From: a virus
Taxonomy: Duplodnaviria; Caudoviricetes
Length of the DNA: 62,251 bases
Virus record (IMG/VR): IMGVR_UViG_3300047409_000596
Coordinates: 1-62,251 of that record
Strand: one strand, 5' to 3'
Numbering within the stretch: the stretch's first letter is position 1; each line of letters begins with the position of its first letter. Positions 19,077-28,000 of this stretch are shown here, one piece after another. The position numbers and the translations under genes are program-made. The notes beneath the pieces were generated by a model. It was given only the letters and a program-made list of their open reading frames with translations, was not told the DNA's origin and did no database searches.

Positions 19077-19391
19077 TTACCCCTTCTCCGCCTCCCGGAG
19101 CAATTGCAGCTCCACGGCAGCCGTGGTCGGGTACGACCACGGCAGAGGCGGAATGCGCGTCTGGTAGACGTCCTCTTCCTTCCCCTCCCTGGTCTTCTGC
19201 GTGCCGATCTTCACCTGCTCGGGCGGTCCGTTGCTGCCCAGCGGATCGGACCAGAGGCCGCCTTCCTGGGACCAGCCGGACCAGGCAAGGAACGCTTCCG
19301 GCTCGACCACGGGGTCGGGGCGTCGACCCCGTGGCGAGTCCGTCGTCACGGCGGAGAAGGGTTCCTCAGTCTGTGTTTCGCGGCGTGCCAT
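19077..19391 (-). CDS. Hypothetical protein
   Basis: AAGGA RBS, fills the operon gap. Confidence 0.5.
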   Translation of the reverse strand: MARRETQTEEPFSAVTTDSPRGRRPDPVVEPEAFLAWSGWSQEGGLWSDPLGSNGPPEQVKIGTQKTREGKEEDVYQTRIPPLPWSYPTTAAVELQLLREAEKG

Positions 19392-19410
19392 GATCCAATC
19401 CTTTCGCCAG

Positions 19411-19505
19411 AAGATTAGCCACAGAGATCACAGAGGACTCAGAGGGAAAGCGCGGTCTGGCTTTTCTTCCCCTCGGTGTTCTCTGTGTCCTCTGTGGCTA
19501 ATCTT
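19411..19505. repeat. Palindromic CACAGAG-family element, copy 1
   Basis: Perfect 16-bp terminal IR AAGATTAGCCACAGAG / CTCTGTGGCTAATCTT with 9-bp internal periodicity. Confidence 0.85.
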
Positions 19506-20908
19506 TGTGAGCGATGCCGATACTGATGATCTGCTGGCCGGATCACCGCCAGCGAGCCGATCACCTCGACCAGCGTGGCCCCGTCACTCACCAGCCGGTC
19601 CACAACCGTCGTCACGTCCGGGTCGACCGGCGAGCCGTAGTCGTGGAACACGAGCACGCCACCCTTGCGCAGCACACCAAGGCACAGTTCCACGTCGCTG
19701 GACACGCTCGCCTCGTCGTGGGCGCCGTCGATGAAGCAGAGGTCGAAGCGGTCGCCACGTTCGCGGAACAATGGTAGCAAGGCTCCACTCTCGCCCTGAC
19801 AGACCTTGACCTTGGGACGCACGCCGTACTGATTCAGGTTGTGTTGAAAAATTGCCAGTGTGTTCCGCTTCTCCGCCCCCTCGATGCCGCGGCCGTCGAA
19901 CGTGTCGAAGGCCCAAACACTCGCCGCCGTGCTCGCCAGCCAGAGCGTCGATCGACCGCAGTAGGAGCCGATTTCGAGGCAAATCTTGCCGCTGGCCAGC
20001 CTTGCCAGCGCCCGCCCCTCGCCGTCCGTCAGCCAGCCCTCGACGTCGGGGTATTGCTCGGACAGGGTGCAGGGACGTCGTTGCGCAATCGTTGCGCCGT
20101 TGTTGCGCCACTTGCTGGCCGTGTTTTCGTCCTGCTTGAACTCGCCCCACGGCTCGCTGTTGGGGTAAGGGATCTCGCCCATGTGCTTGAGGGCCACGCG
20201 GCGGGTACACATCACCTTGCCGCCGAGCCTGCCGAGTTGACGGCTGAAGTTCCAGTCCTCGGACATGTTCTGAGCCTGGAAAGTGCCTTCAAGATTGGGG
20301 AAGTTGCCGGCCTCTGCCGGGTCCGTCCACCAGCCGTCCTCGGTCCGGAACATGATCCGGTCGTTGATCTCGAAGTGGACCTTGAACCGCCACGGCTGAT
20401 CGAAACGACACACCCAGCAACCCGTATTGGCCAGCAGCAGCCGGTCGTGGTAGCCGAAGTCCGCCGCGCCGAAGACTTCCGGCAGCGCGTGAACCTCGGT
20501 CATCGTCAGCCGGCGGTAGACGCACCAGGGATCATCGGGATCATCAACGGCGGTGGACGAAAGCCCCCGCGAGTCCTTGAGTGGGGGTACGGCTGCCATG
20601 AGGTCCGCGCCCGACTCGTCGAGATCGTGAAGCAGTTGATCGAGCCACCAGTCGGCGGGAATGATGTCCGCATGGAGCATCGCGAAGTATCGGACGTCGA
20701 CGCCGGATCGCTGGGCGTTCAAACACTCGCACCAGTACGAGTTGAACTGGTTGGCCAGGAGCGAAGAACCGTGCGGCTCCGGATAGATGCGGGGCATGTC
20801 CTTGTACGGGCCCGTGGGATCCGTGGCGCGTGCCCAGAACTGCTTCGCCGATCGCGGGTCGACGAAGTTGTAAGCGGGTTGGCAGCAGAAGACGGCGCCT
20901 TCGGTCAT
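19439..20908 (-). CDS. GT-A glycosyltransferase-like domain fused to a class I methyltransferase (Methyltransf_24-like)
   Basis: YFAMLHADI (DxD-like), SEDWNFSR; C-terminal LEIGSYCGRST, FDLCFIDGAH, GGVLVFHDY. Confidence 0.8.
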   Translation of the reverse strand: MTEGAVFCCQPAYNFVDPRSAKQFWARATDPTGPYKDMPRIYPEPHGSSLLANQFNSYWCECLNAQRSGVDVRYFAMLHADIIPADWWLDQLLHDLDESGADLMAAVPPLKDSRGLSSTAVDDPDDPWCVYRRLTMTEVHALPEVFGAADFGYHDRLLLANTGCWVCRFDQPWRFKVHFEINDRIMFRTEDGWWTDPAEAGNFPNLEGTFQAQNMSEDWNFSRQLGRLGGKVMCTRRVALKHMGEIPYPNSEPWGEFKQDENTASKWRNNGATIAQRRPCTLSEQYPDVEGWLTDGEGRALARLASGKICLEIGSYCGRSTLWLASTAASVWAFDTFDGRGIEGAEKRNTLAIFQHNLNQYGVRPKVKVCQGESGALLPLFRERGDRFDLCFIDGAHDEASVSSDVELCLGVLRKGGVLVFHDYGSPVDPDVTTVVDRLVSDGATLVEVIGSLAVIRPADHQYRHRSQRLATEDTENTEGKKSQTALSL

Positions 20909-21077
20909 GCAATCAATCCCTCATCCGCCAAACGCACCCGGCCGGTCCTGCCCCGGCTTGCCGGCATCTCCAGCCTTGCGGCTGACGTAATCGCGTGCGG
21001 TCGACCTGGCAGTACGCCGCCGGCTTCAGATCCCTCAGCGTGTCATCTCGCCACGCCGCGGGTGCTCTCCCGGCTGC

Positions 21078-21515
21078 TTACGTTACGGCCCTGTTTGCGA
21101 TCAGATTGGCCACGTCGGCACCTGAAGCGGGTTTATTTACGGCTTCGCCGCCGAGCACGATCACGCCGAAGAACGAGGCCCCCGTGTTGACGATGAACAC
21201 CGGCCGCACGTAGCGCGTATTGGCCGGCAGCTGATCCGCCCGGACCTCCATGAACAGGGCGCGATTCGCCACGTTCGCCGTCACGGGAATGGACGCCGCC
21301 ACGTTGGTCACGACGTTCATGTTGGCCTGCGCGCTGGCCTCCCAGTAGCCCTGCACGTTGGCGTTCAAGACGCCAATGCAGCCGATCGCCAGCAGCCGCT
21401 TGAACTTGGAAGCGTCGATGCCGGCGATGGTGTTGTCCGTATTGGCGGCATGGTTCGAGGGCGGAATGTACCCGACCACGGCCAGCGCCTCGGACATCTG
21501 CTCTGTAAAACTCAC
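21078..21515 (-). CDS. Capsid decoration/cement-like protein
   Basis: Follows the capsid genes; ID..F..., RYVRP beta-sandwich pattern. Confidence 0.55.
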   Translation of the reverse strand: MSFTEQMSEALAVVGYIPPSNHAANTDNTIAGIDASKFKRLLAIGCIGVLNANVQGYWEASAQANMNVVTNVAASIPVTANVANRALFMEVRADQLPANTRYVRPVFIVNTGASFFGVIVLGGEAVNKPASGADVANLIANRAVT

Positions 21516-21540
21516 AGTTGAGGTCTCCAGTCAGGAAAAT

Positions 21541-21634
21541 TAGCCACAGAGATCACAGAGAGCACGGAGAGTAAAACCGAAGACAGGTCCCTTGCTTTCC
21601 TTCCCCTCTGAGTCCTCTGTGATCTCTGTGGCTC
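21541..21634. repeat. Palindromic CACAGAG-family element, copy 2
   Basis: AGCCACAGAGATCACAGAG...CTCTGTGATCTCTGTGGCT. Confidence 0.85.
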
Positions 21635-21666
21635 ACTCTGCTGCCTATCGAAGGGCGAGGCCGTGG

Positions 21667-22113
21667 TTAGTGGTGGCTCCGCTTGTGGTGCCGGGTGTGC
21701 GGCTCTTCCGGCTCCTCGGGCGGGGGCTCTGGCGGGGGCGGTTCGGGCGGCGCCGGCACGGCTAGCGTCACCGTCACGGTGCTGCCCGCGTCGACCTCCG
21801 TCCAGATGGACGGCTCCTGACTCGTCACGACGCCCGCCGCGTCGCCGGAGAACGAGGCTTGCAGGCCGGCGTCCGAGAGGGCGGCCGCGGCCTCGTCCCA
21901 CGTCTGGCCGGTCAGGTCCGGCACCGTGACCTTCGCCGCCGGGTTGAGCGTGACGGTGCCCAGCCAGTCGAGGAACGCCGTCGCCTCGTCGCCGGACAGG
22001 GTGAGACAGGCGCCCTTGGTGTCGATCGATACGGTTCCATCGTCGTTGACGTCGACGCCGTGGACGTCATTGACGTTAACGCGGCGAGAACCGACGCGGA
22101 TGAACTCAGCCAT
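21667..22113 (-). CDS. PASTA-domain protein
   Basis: VTVPDLTGQTWDEAAAALSDAGL...GVVTSQEP...VDAGSTVTVTL. Confidence 0.8.
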   Translation of the reverse strand: MAEFIRVGSRRVNVNDVHGVDVNDDGTVSIDTKGACLTLSGDEATAFLDWLGTVTLNPAAKVTVPDLTGQTWDEAAAALSDAGLQASFSGDAAGVVTSQEPSIWTEVDAGSTVTVTLAVPAPPEPPPPEPPPEEPEEPHTRHHKRSHH

Positions 22114-22127
22114 TGTCAGTACCCCTC

Positions 22128-23258
22128 TCAGTTCAGCACGACGGCAGCTGCTGCCGTCGCGGCTCCGTCAGCGAGGACGACCGAAGAGTTGAGCCTCAGC
22201 CGTCCATCGGCCCGGAACGTCACGCGAATGACACTCTGATTCTTGGTGAATGCCGTGGGCTCTTCCCGGGTAATCATGATCTCGACTTCCTGGCGGATGC
22301 CGACCAGGAACAGCTTCGGCACGAAGAGCGCGACATCCCCGCGGGTGCCGAGATTCGACAGCTTCTCGGTCACGTAGATCGGCGAGCCGTTCAAATAGTA
22401 CGCGCCCGGCTCGTCAACCTTGCCGGCTCCGGGCGGCTGGCCAATCTGCCAGCTCGCCAGGGCGAACAGTTTGGCCTGCACCGAAGGATGAATCGCCCAG
22501 CAGGCAGTCGGACCATCGAATGCCCCCGACCCGGCCGGAATCAGCTTCGCCGCCATGTTGGCCAGGTCGGCAACCTGCACGTCTCCGCCAGCCGTCCGGC
22601 TTACGGAAAGGGCGCCGGGCGAGTTGATCAGTCCCAACGGCTTGCCTACTCCATCGCCGCGGAAGCAGGCGAGGTCGAAGTACCAGGCCGCTGCCCGGCC
22701 CAGCAACTCCCGGAGATACTTGCCCAGCGGCCCGTCCTCGACGTCCTCCAGCATCTGATTGGAGATCAGGGCGTATCCGGCCAGCGTGTGGCTCGTTAGC
22801 GACGTCGTGAAGAACGTCGGCTCCGTCTCGTTCAGGGCCGCGCCCTGTCCCGGCTGCCACGAAAAGACAGCCCCGCCGTAGAACGGGGATATGCCCGCCG
22901 CGCCGCCAGTAACGCTGGCGTGCGGGACGTTCGTTTCGCGCGTGGTCAGAGGAACCTGCGTTCCCAGTTGCAAGAAGAACGAGTGTTCCGCAGCCTCGGT
23001 CAGCGCCGCCGCTGCCATGTGGACCGGGACGAGGTAGCCGCCGACCGTTCCGCCCGCTCCTTCGGCAAGGGCTGCCTTGGTCTGGTAGCGCTTCCAGAGG
23101 GTTTCCTGGTCGTTCCGCCAGGCCAGACGCATCCAGTCGCCAAATACAGCGTCCTTGTCTGTCGGATCAGGCCGATGACGCCAATGGGGCGGGATCACGC
23201 CGCCGGTAACGCCGTCGCCGTTGCCCACCTTCGTCACGATGTCTGCCAGTCGACTCAT
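22128..23258 (-). CDS. Major capsid protein, HK97 fold (second copy)
   Basis: GGYLVP, ISNQMLED, GDGVGKPLGLINS, FTKNQSVIRVTFRADG. Confidence 0.9.
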   Translation of the reverse strand: MSRLADIVTKVGNGDGVTGGVIPPHWRHRPDPTDKDAVFGDWMRLAWRNDQETLWKRYQTKAALAEGAGGTVGGYLVPVHMAAAALTEAAEHSFFLQLGTQVPLTTRETNVPHASVTGGAAGISPFYGGAVFSWQPGQGAALNETEPTFFTTSLTSHTLAGYALISNQMLEDVEDGPLGKYLRELLGRAAAWYFDLACFRGDGVGKPLGLINSPGALSVSRTAGGDVQVADLANMAAKLIPAGSGAFDGPTACWAIHPSVQAKLFALASWQIGQPPGAGKVDEPGAYYLNGSPIYVTEKLSNLGTRGDVALFVPKLFLVGIRQEVEIMITREEPTAFTKNQSVIRVTFRADGRLRLNSSVVLADGAATAAAAVVLN

Positions 23259-23440
23259 TTGGTCTCACCGACTCGTTTGGCTTTGGAGTCCCTGTTCCGA
23301 AGAACCGTCTCGATGTAAGCGACCAGTTCCTTGTGGGTGGCGAAAGTCACCACATACTCGTAGTCACCGAGCCGCTCGTGAAAACTGTACGGCGGCAGTG
23401 ATTCACACATCCACAGTCTGTCCTTCGGCTTTTCTTCCAT
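23255..23440 (-). CDS. Small hypothetical protein between the capsid genes
   Basis: ATGA coupling to the second capsid gene. Confidence 0.5.
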   Translation of the reverse strand: MEEKPKDRLWMCESLPPYSFHERLGDYEYVVTFATHKELVAYIETVLRNRDSKAKRVGETK

Positions 23441-23446
23441 TTCAAC

Positions 23447-24826
23447 TCACTGCGTAAGAATCACGAAGGGACTCTGCGTAAACGTCCCGTCACTGAGCGT
23501 CACGGGGTTGTTGAGCCAGCTTCGTCCGTCCATGCGGGCGATGAGGCGCCACATCATTTGATTCGTGGTGAACCGAGGGATCTGGCTGGCCTCGATTTGC
23601 AGTTCCATCCGGTCGCCGATGACGTAGAAGGGGAAGCAGAAGCAGCCGATGCAACCCGTGGTTCCCAGGGCAGGCAGCTTGTCGGTGATGAACAGGGGTC
23701 GGCCGAGCAGCTGGGCGGTGAACTTGTTTTGTACCGGGCCGGACTCGGACGGGGGCGCGGGGTTAAGCCAGACCAGCCGGCCGGCGCCGGAGCCCGCCGA
23801 GTTGTCCGTCATCTGAAGCAGTTGCGGCAGAACGCTCGGATGAGCCAGCCAGATCACGTCCTGCCAGTTGAGGTAGTAGACCTTGCTGAGCATCGTGGCG
23901 ATGTCCGCGAAGCGCACACTCGATGCCGCCGCCCGCGTGACCTGAAGCGTGGCCGGCGAATTGAGCACGCCCAGCGGCATGCTGTTGCCGGCGCCGCGGC
24001 CTTGCAAGAAGGCGTAGTCGCTGAACCAGGCCAGCGCCTGCTTGAACAGCTGCGTCAGAAGGGCGTCGAGGGCCACCCCGTTGTCGGCCAGCAGCTGATT
24101 CGACGCCACGCACAGCATGACGAGGTCCCAGGCGGTCAGCTCCATCTGCCGGAACGTCGGTTCGGATTCGCCGATCGTCGACGCTTCAGGCTGCCACTGG
24201 GCGAAGATGCCGCCGAGCTGGGGTGGCGTGCCCGCAGCCTGCGCCGTGGTCACGTCCAGGGTGGGGATCGTCAGAGTCCGCGTCGTCATCGGCATGACGG
24301 TGGCGTACTGGCGAACGATCGCCTCTTCCACCGCGATACGAAGCAGGTTCTGCGAGAACGCGGGCGGGACGATGTAGCCGCCCGTCACGCCGGAGCCCTC
24401 GGCAAGGGCCGCCTTCGTGACGTGGCCCCAGGCGTTCTTGCGCCCCCCTTCGGGGACGTGCATGGCCGGCGACCAGCCGTCCTTTTCCAGTTTGGCGAAG
24501 TCGGGACGCCCCAGGTTCGGATTGGCCCCCTTGGCGACCTCGCACAGCGCCTCGCCCATGCCGACGCCCTTGAACAGGGGGCGCCGACCAGGAAAGAGCG
24601 GATCGTAACCGCCCGGCAAACTGAACTTGCGGTAGCCGGCGCCGTCGTTGCCGGCCACCGCATGGCCGGTCATCAGCGCCATCACCTGCTCGGGCGAGAG
24701 CATGGTGTTCGAGGCGACGCCGGCCTTGTTGGCCGGCGTCTTGAGGGCAGAGATGGCCTTGTCCATCGCGCCCTGACGTTCGATGATCCGATTGACGGCT
24801 TCCGCCAGTTCGGCGATTTGCGACAT
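23447..24826 (-). CDS. Major capsid protein, HK97 fold, with N-terminal delta/scaffold region
   Basis: GGYIVPP, SNQLLAD, PLGVLNS, FTTNQMMWRLIARMDG. Confidence 0.92.
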   Translation of the reverse strand: MSQIAELAEAVNRIIERQGAMDKAISALKTPANKAGVASNTMLSPEQVMALMTGHAVAGNDGAGYRKFSLPGGYDPLFPGRRPLFKGVGMGEALCEVAKGANPNLGRPDFAKLEKDGWSPAMHVPEGGRKNAWGHVTKAALAEGSGVTGGYIVPPAFSQNLLRIAVEEAIVRQYATVMPMTTRTLTIPTLDVTTAQAAGTPPQLGGIFAQWQPEASTIGESEPTFRQMELTAWDLVMLCVASNQLLADNGVALDALLTQLFKQALAWFSDYAFLQGRGAGNSMPLGVLNSPATLQVTRAAASSVRFADIATMLSKVYYLNWQDVIWLAHPSVLPQLLQMTDNSAGSGAGRLVWLNPAPPSESGPVQNKFTAQLLGRPLFITDKLPALGTTGCIGCFCFPFYVIGDRMELQIEASQIPRFTTNQMMWRLIARMDGRSWLNNPVTLSDGTFTQSPFVILTQ

Positions 24827-24907
24827 GGCAACTCTCTTCTCTGATCGGGTGCGGGTTTCCGAGGCCCGCGCCCTGCCCCCTGCTCTGTTCCAGCCCGCCC
24901 GCAAGAG

Positions 24908-25003
24908 TTAGCCACAGAGGTCACAGAGGACTCAGAGGGTAAAACCGAAGAGAGGCCCCCTGCTTTTCTTCCCCTCTGTGCTCTCTGTGATCTCTGTGGC
25001 TAA
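24908..25003. repeat. Palindromic CACAGAG-family element, copy 3
   Basis: TTAGCCACAGAGGTCACAGAG...CTCTGTGATCTCTGTGGCTAA. Confidence 0.85.
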
Positions 25004-25019
25004 TCTTCTTCTGCCCCGC

Positions 25020-28000
25020 TCAGATCCGCGTTCCCGTCAACTTGAAGAACTCTCCGGCCGTCCGGTCGAACGCCCCGTTAAGCTTCGCCAGGGCGTCAGA
25101 GAGGAGTTTTTCCTCGCGCTCCTTCTCCTTGTCGTCCTCGTCCGGTTTCTCGCCGTCTCCATCCTTGTCCGGCTTGTCACCGTCGCCGTCCTGATCCTGA
25201 CTCTCGCCCTCTTCCTTCGGCCAGCCGAAGTCGTGCTCCCTGTAGTCCGCGCTGGCCTTGCGCCAGACACCGACCGTCTGCTTGATCGCCTTGACAATGG
25301 GCGGATGTTCCTGCATCGGCCCGTGTTCGTCGATCGCTGCCTTGATCGCCTTCGTCATCGTGACCCCGGGCGGACAGCCCTTGTCCTGCTGCGCATCATC
25401 CTTGCCGCTTTGCGGCTTGTCTGTCAAACTGCCGCCCGTGGCCGCCGCTGCTTCGCTGAGGTCTTTCAGGCGGGCCAGGGTCTTTTCGTCGTCACCCACC
25501 TTGCCGAACGCCGTCAGTTGGCGCTGTGCAAGCGTCTCGTGCCTGTCATGCGACTTGATGATGTTCGTGATCTCTTTTCGGGTCGCGCGCTCCACCGCAC
25601 TCTTGACTTTGGCGGGGAGCAAATCGATGAGCGTCGTCACAAACTTCAAGAGTCCGTTCTCTGAAATCGCAGACTTGTCGGCACACCGCGCACACGTTCC
25701 ATTCTTGCCGGCCACGTTCTTCACCTCCCCATTGCTCGCCGCGGGCGGTGCCTCTTCGTTTGGCTTTTCGGATTTGGGATTTGAGGTTTGCGTGCAGTAG
25801 ACCACCTCGCAGCCGTCGTCGAGGGCCTCCCGCCGCGCCGTCTCGGGCTGACAATCGGCCGGCTCGAACTGGATGAATGCCCAGGCGTCGCCGGCGTCCT
25901 CCATGTCCGAGGCGTCGAGGCCAGTCTGCTGGACGTAGGAGGCCGCCTCTTCGGGCGTGGCGTAAGTCGCCTTGGGGCAGAGCACGGCCTGGATGGCTTC
26001 GCCGTTGGCGGGGGCGGGCTGTTGCTCCTGCTGCTGCTGGCCGGGTTGCTGCTGGGCAGCAGGGGGTGATTGCTCGCCTTGCTTTTCGCGTCGCTTCCGG
26101 GCCCGTTCTTCGCGTCGCCGTGCCAGCCCTGCCTTCAATTCCACGGCGCCCATACGCTTCTCCTCTTCTTGTTCCGGAGCTTCGGCGAACGCGGTATCGT
26201 GGGCTTCGTCGAATCGTTCCTGCATCAATCGCGGGAATTCGGCTGCCGCTTCCTGGCAGGCTTCCAGGTTGCTGCGGAACTCATTGATGAGCGAATCCTG
26301 GACTTCATCGTCCTCACCCTCTTCGACCGCGTTGGCATAAGCCAGGAAGCTTTCCCGTGCTTGATTGATCGCATAGTTCAGATCCGAGGCCAGGGCTTGT
26401 GTCATCTCGTGAAAGTCTTCGGCGGCCTGTGGAGCCAGGTCTTCCACGTAATCACCCAGCTCCTCTGTGAGCATGGTCGAGAAGTGCTCATAAAAACCAC
26501 TGGCGTGCTCATTCACGGCGGCTTGCATTGCCTCGAACTGGTGATCGACTTTCTCGGCAGACTCCGAAGCATTGCCAGCGTCCAGGCCGTCGAAGGCCGA
26601 TTCCATCGAGGCAAGAAAGCCAGACGCGACCGAAGCCCCCTTGTCCGGCGAATCGGAGCCGAATGTGGCCTCTTCTTCGGACGGAGCGGAAGCACCTGAT
26701 CCGCTCTCGTCCCCCTGCCCGGACTTCGGCAGTCCTACAATGGGCCGCCCCTCGTCATCCTTGCCCTGTTCAACAAGCCGGCCCGTATTGACCAGGCCGT
26801 CAATCACCTGCTCGGCTTGCGCCCGGTCCACATCCTCGGTGTCCGTGGCGTAAAGCACGGCCGCTTCCCAGTTCAGTTCGCCGTCTGGAGCATCCGCCAC
26901 GCCAGCCAGAACAGCGTCCCGCGCTTCGGGGTAGAAGTCGGCCGGACCGCCGCCGACCCGGTATTCTGTCTCGCCGGACTCGTTGCGCGATTCCTCCAGA
27001 TAGCCATCATGAACAAGTTCCTCGACAATCGTGCCGGCGTCGTCGCGGGACAAATCCTCGTCCGCATCCATCGCCGCTAACACCGCCTGTTCGCGCGAAA
27101 TAGAGTCGTACTCCCGTGCTTGGTCAATGACGGAAACGGCGGAATCGGCCAAACTCGTTGACGACCCGCTGCCACCAGTAGACGGTTTCTCCTTGCCGCT
27201 CCCGCCCTCGTCCCCCTGCCCCGACGGCTTGCAGTGGCCCGCCTCGTCGCGCGGGCATTCACCGAAGTAGCTCTCGCCGCCCTTGCTGATCACGCCCTGT
27301 CGCTTCAGCAGCCGCCACGTCCGACCCTTGGCATAGCTGGCCAATTGATCCGGCAGCGCCCGCCGGCGCAGACCGCTGCCCGCGGACGTCGAGGCAATGA
27401 GCCGTCGTTGCTCCTTCACCTTCTCCAGCGCCTCGACCACGGCCGTAGGGAAGTCCTTGCCCTCTTCCTCGTGGAGCACGCGCGCGAAGTGGCATAGCTC
27501 GTAAACGTGTGCCCCCGAGTAGCCGGCCGTGCCGCTTACGGCCGCGGCGAGGTCACTGCCGGCCAACTCCGGGAGCCACTTCCCTATCATCGCCCTGCGA
27601 ATGGCGTCGTCGGGCAGACCGAAATTGAGGACGTCGTGGAAGCGGCCGGGGCGGTCGATGAGGGCCTCGGGCAGGCGCTCCGGGAAGTTGGTGGTCAGGA
27701 TCGTCCACACGCCCTTGTAGCGGCCGATACCGTCCATCTCTGTCTTGAGCAGGTCGACCGAGTACGAGTCGAGCCAGTGGTCGACGTCCTCGAAGAACAG
27801 CACCGTGGGAGACAGTTCCCGCGCCAGCTCAAAGGCGTAGGAGAAGCCGCCGAACGCCCCGGAGCGGTAAAAGTCCGCTGTGGAAATCCAGACGAACGTG
27901 GCATCCACCTCGTTGCGCAGCACACGACCGCTAAGCGTTTTTCCGGTTCCCGGCGGACCGAGAAAAATGGTCCCGCGGTTGGCGAACTTCTCCTGACGGT

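Noticed and set aside
19411-25003. CACAGAG palindromes as CRISPR repeats or intrinsic terminators
   Set aside because: Dispersed kilobases apart, no spacers or cas genes, and no consistent U-tract on the coding strand.
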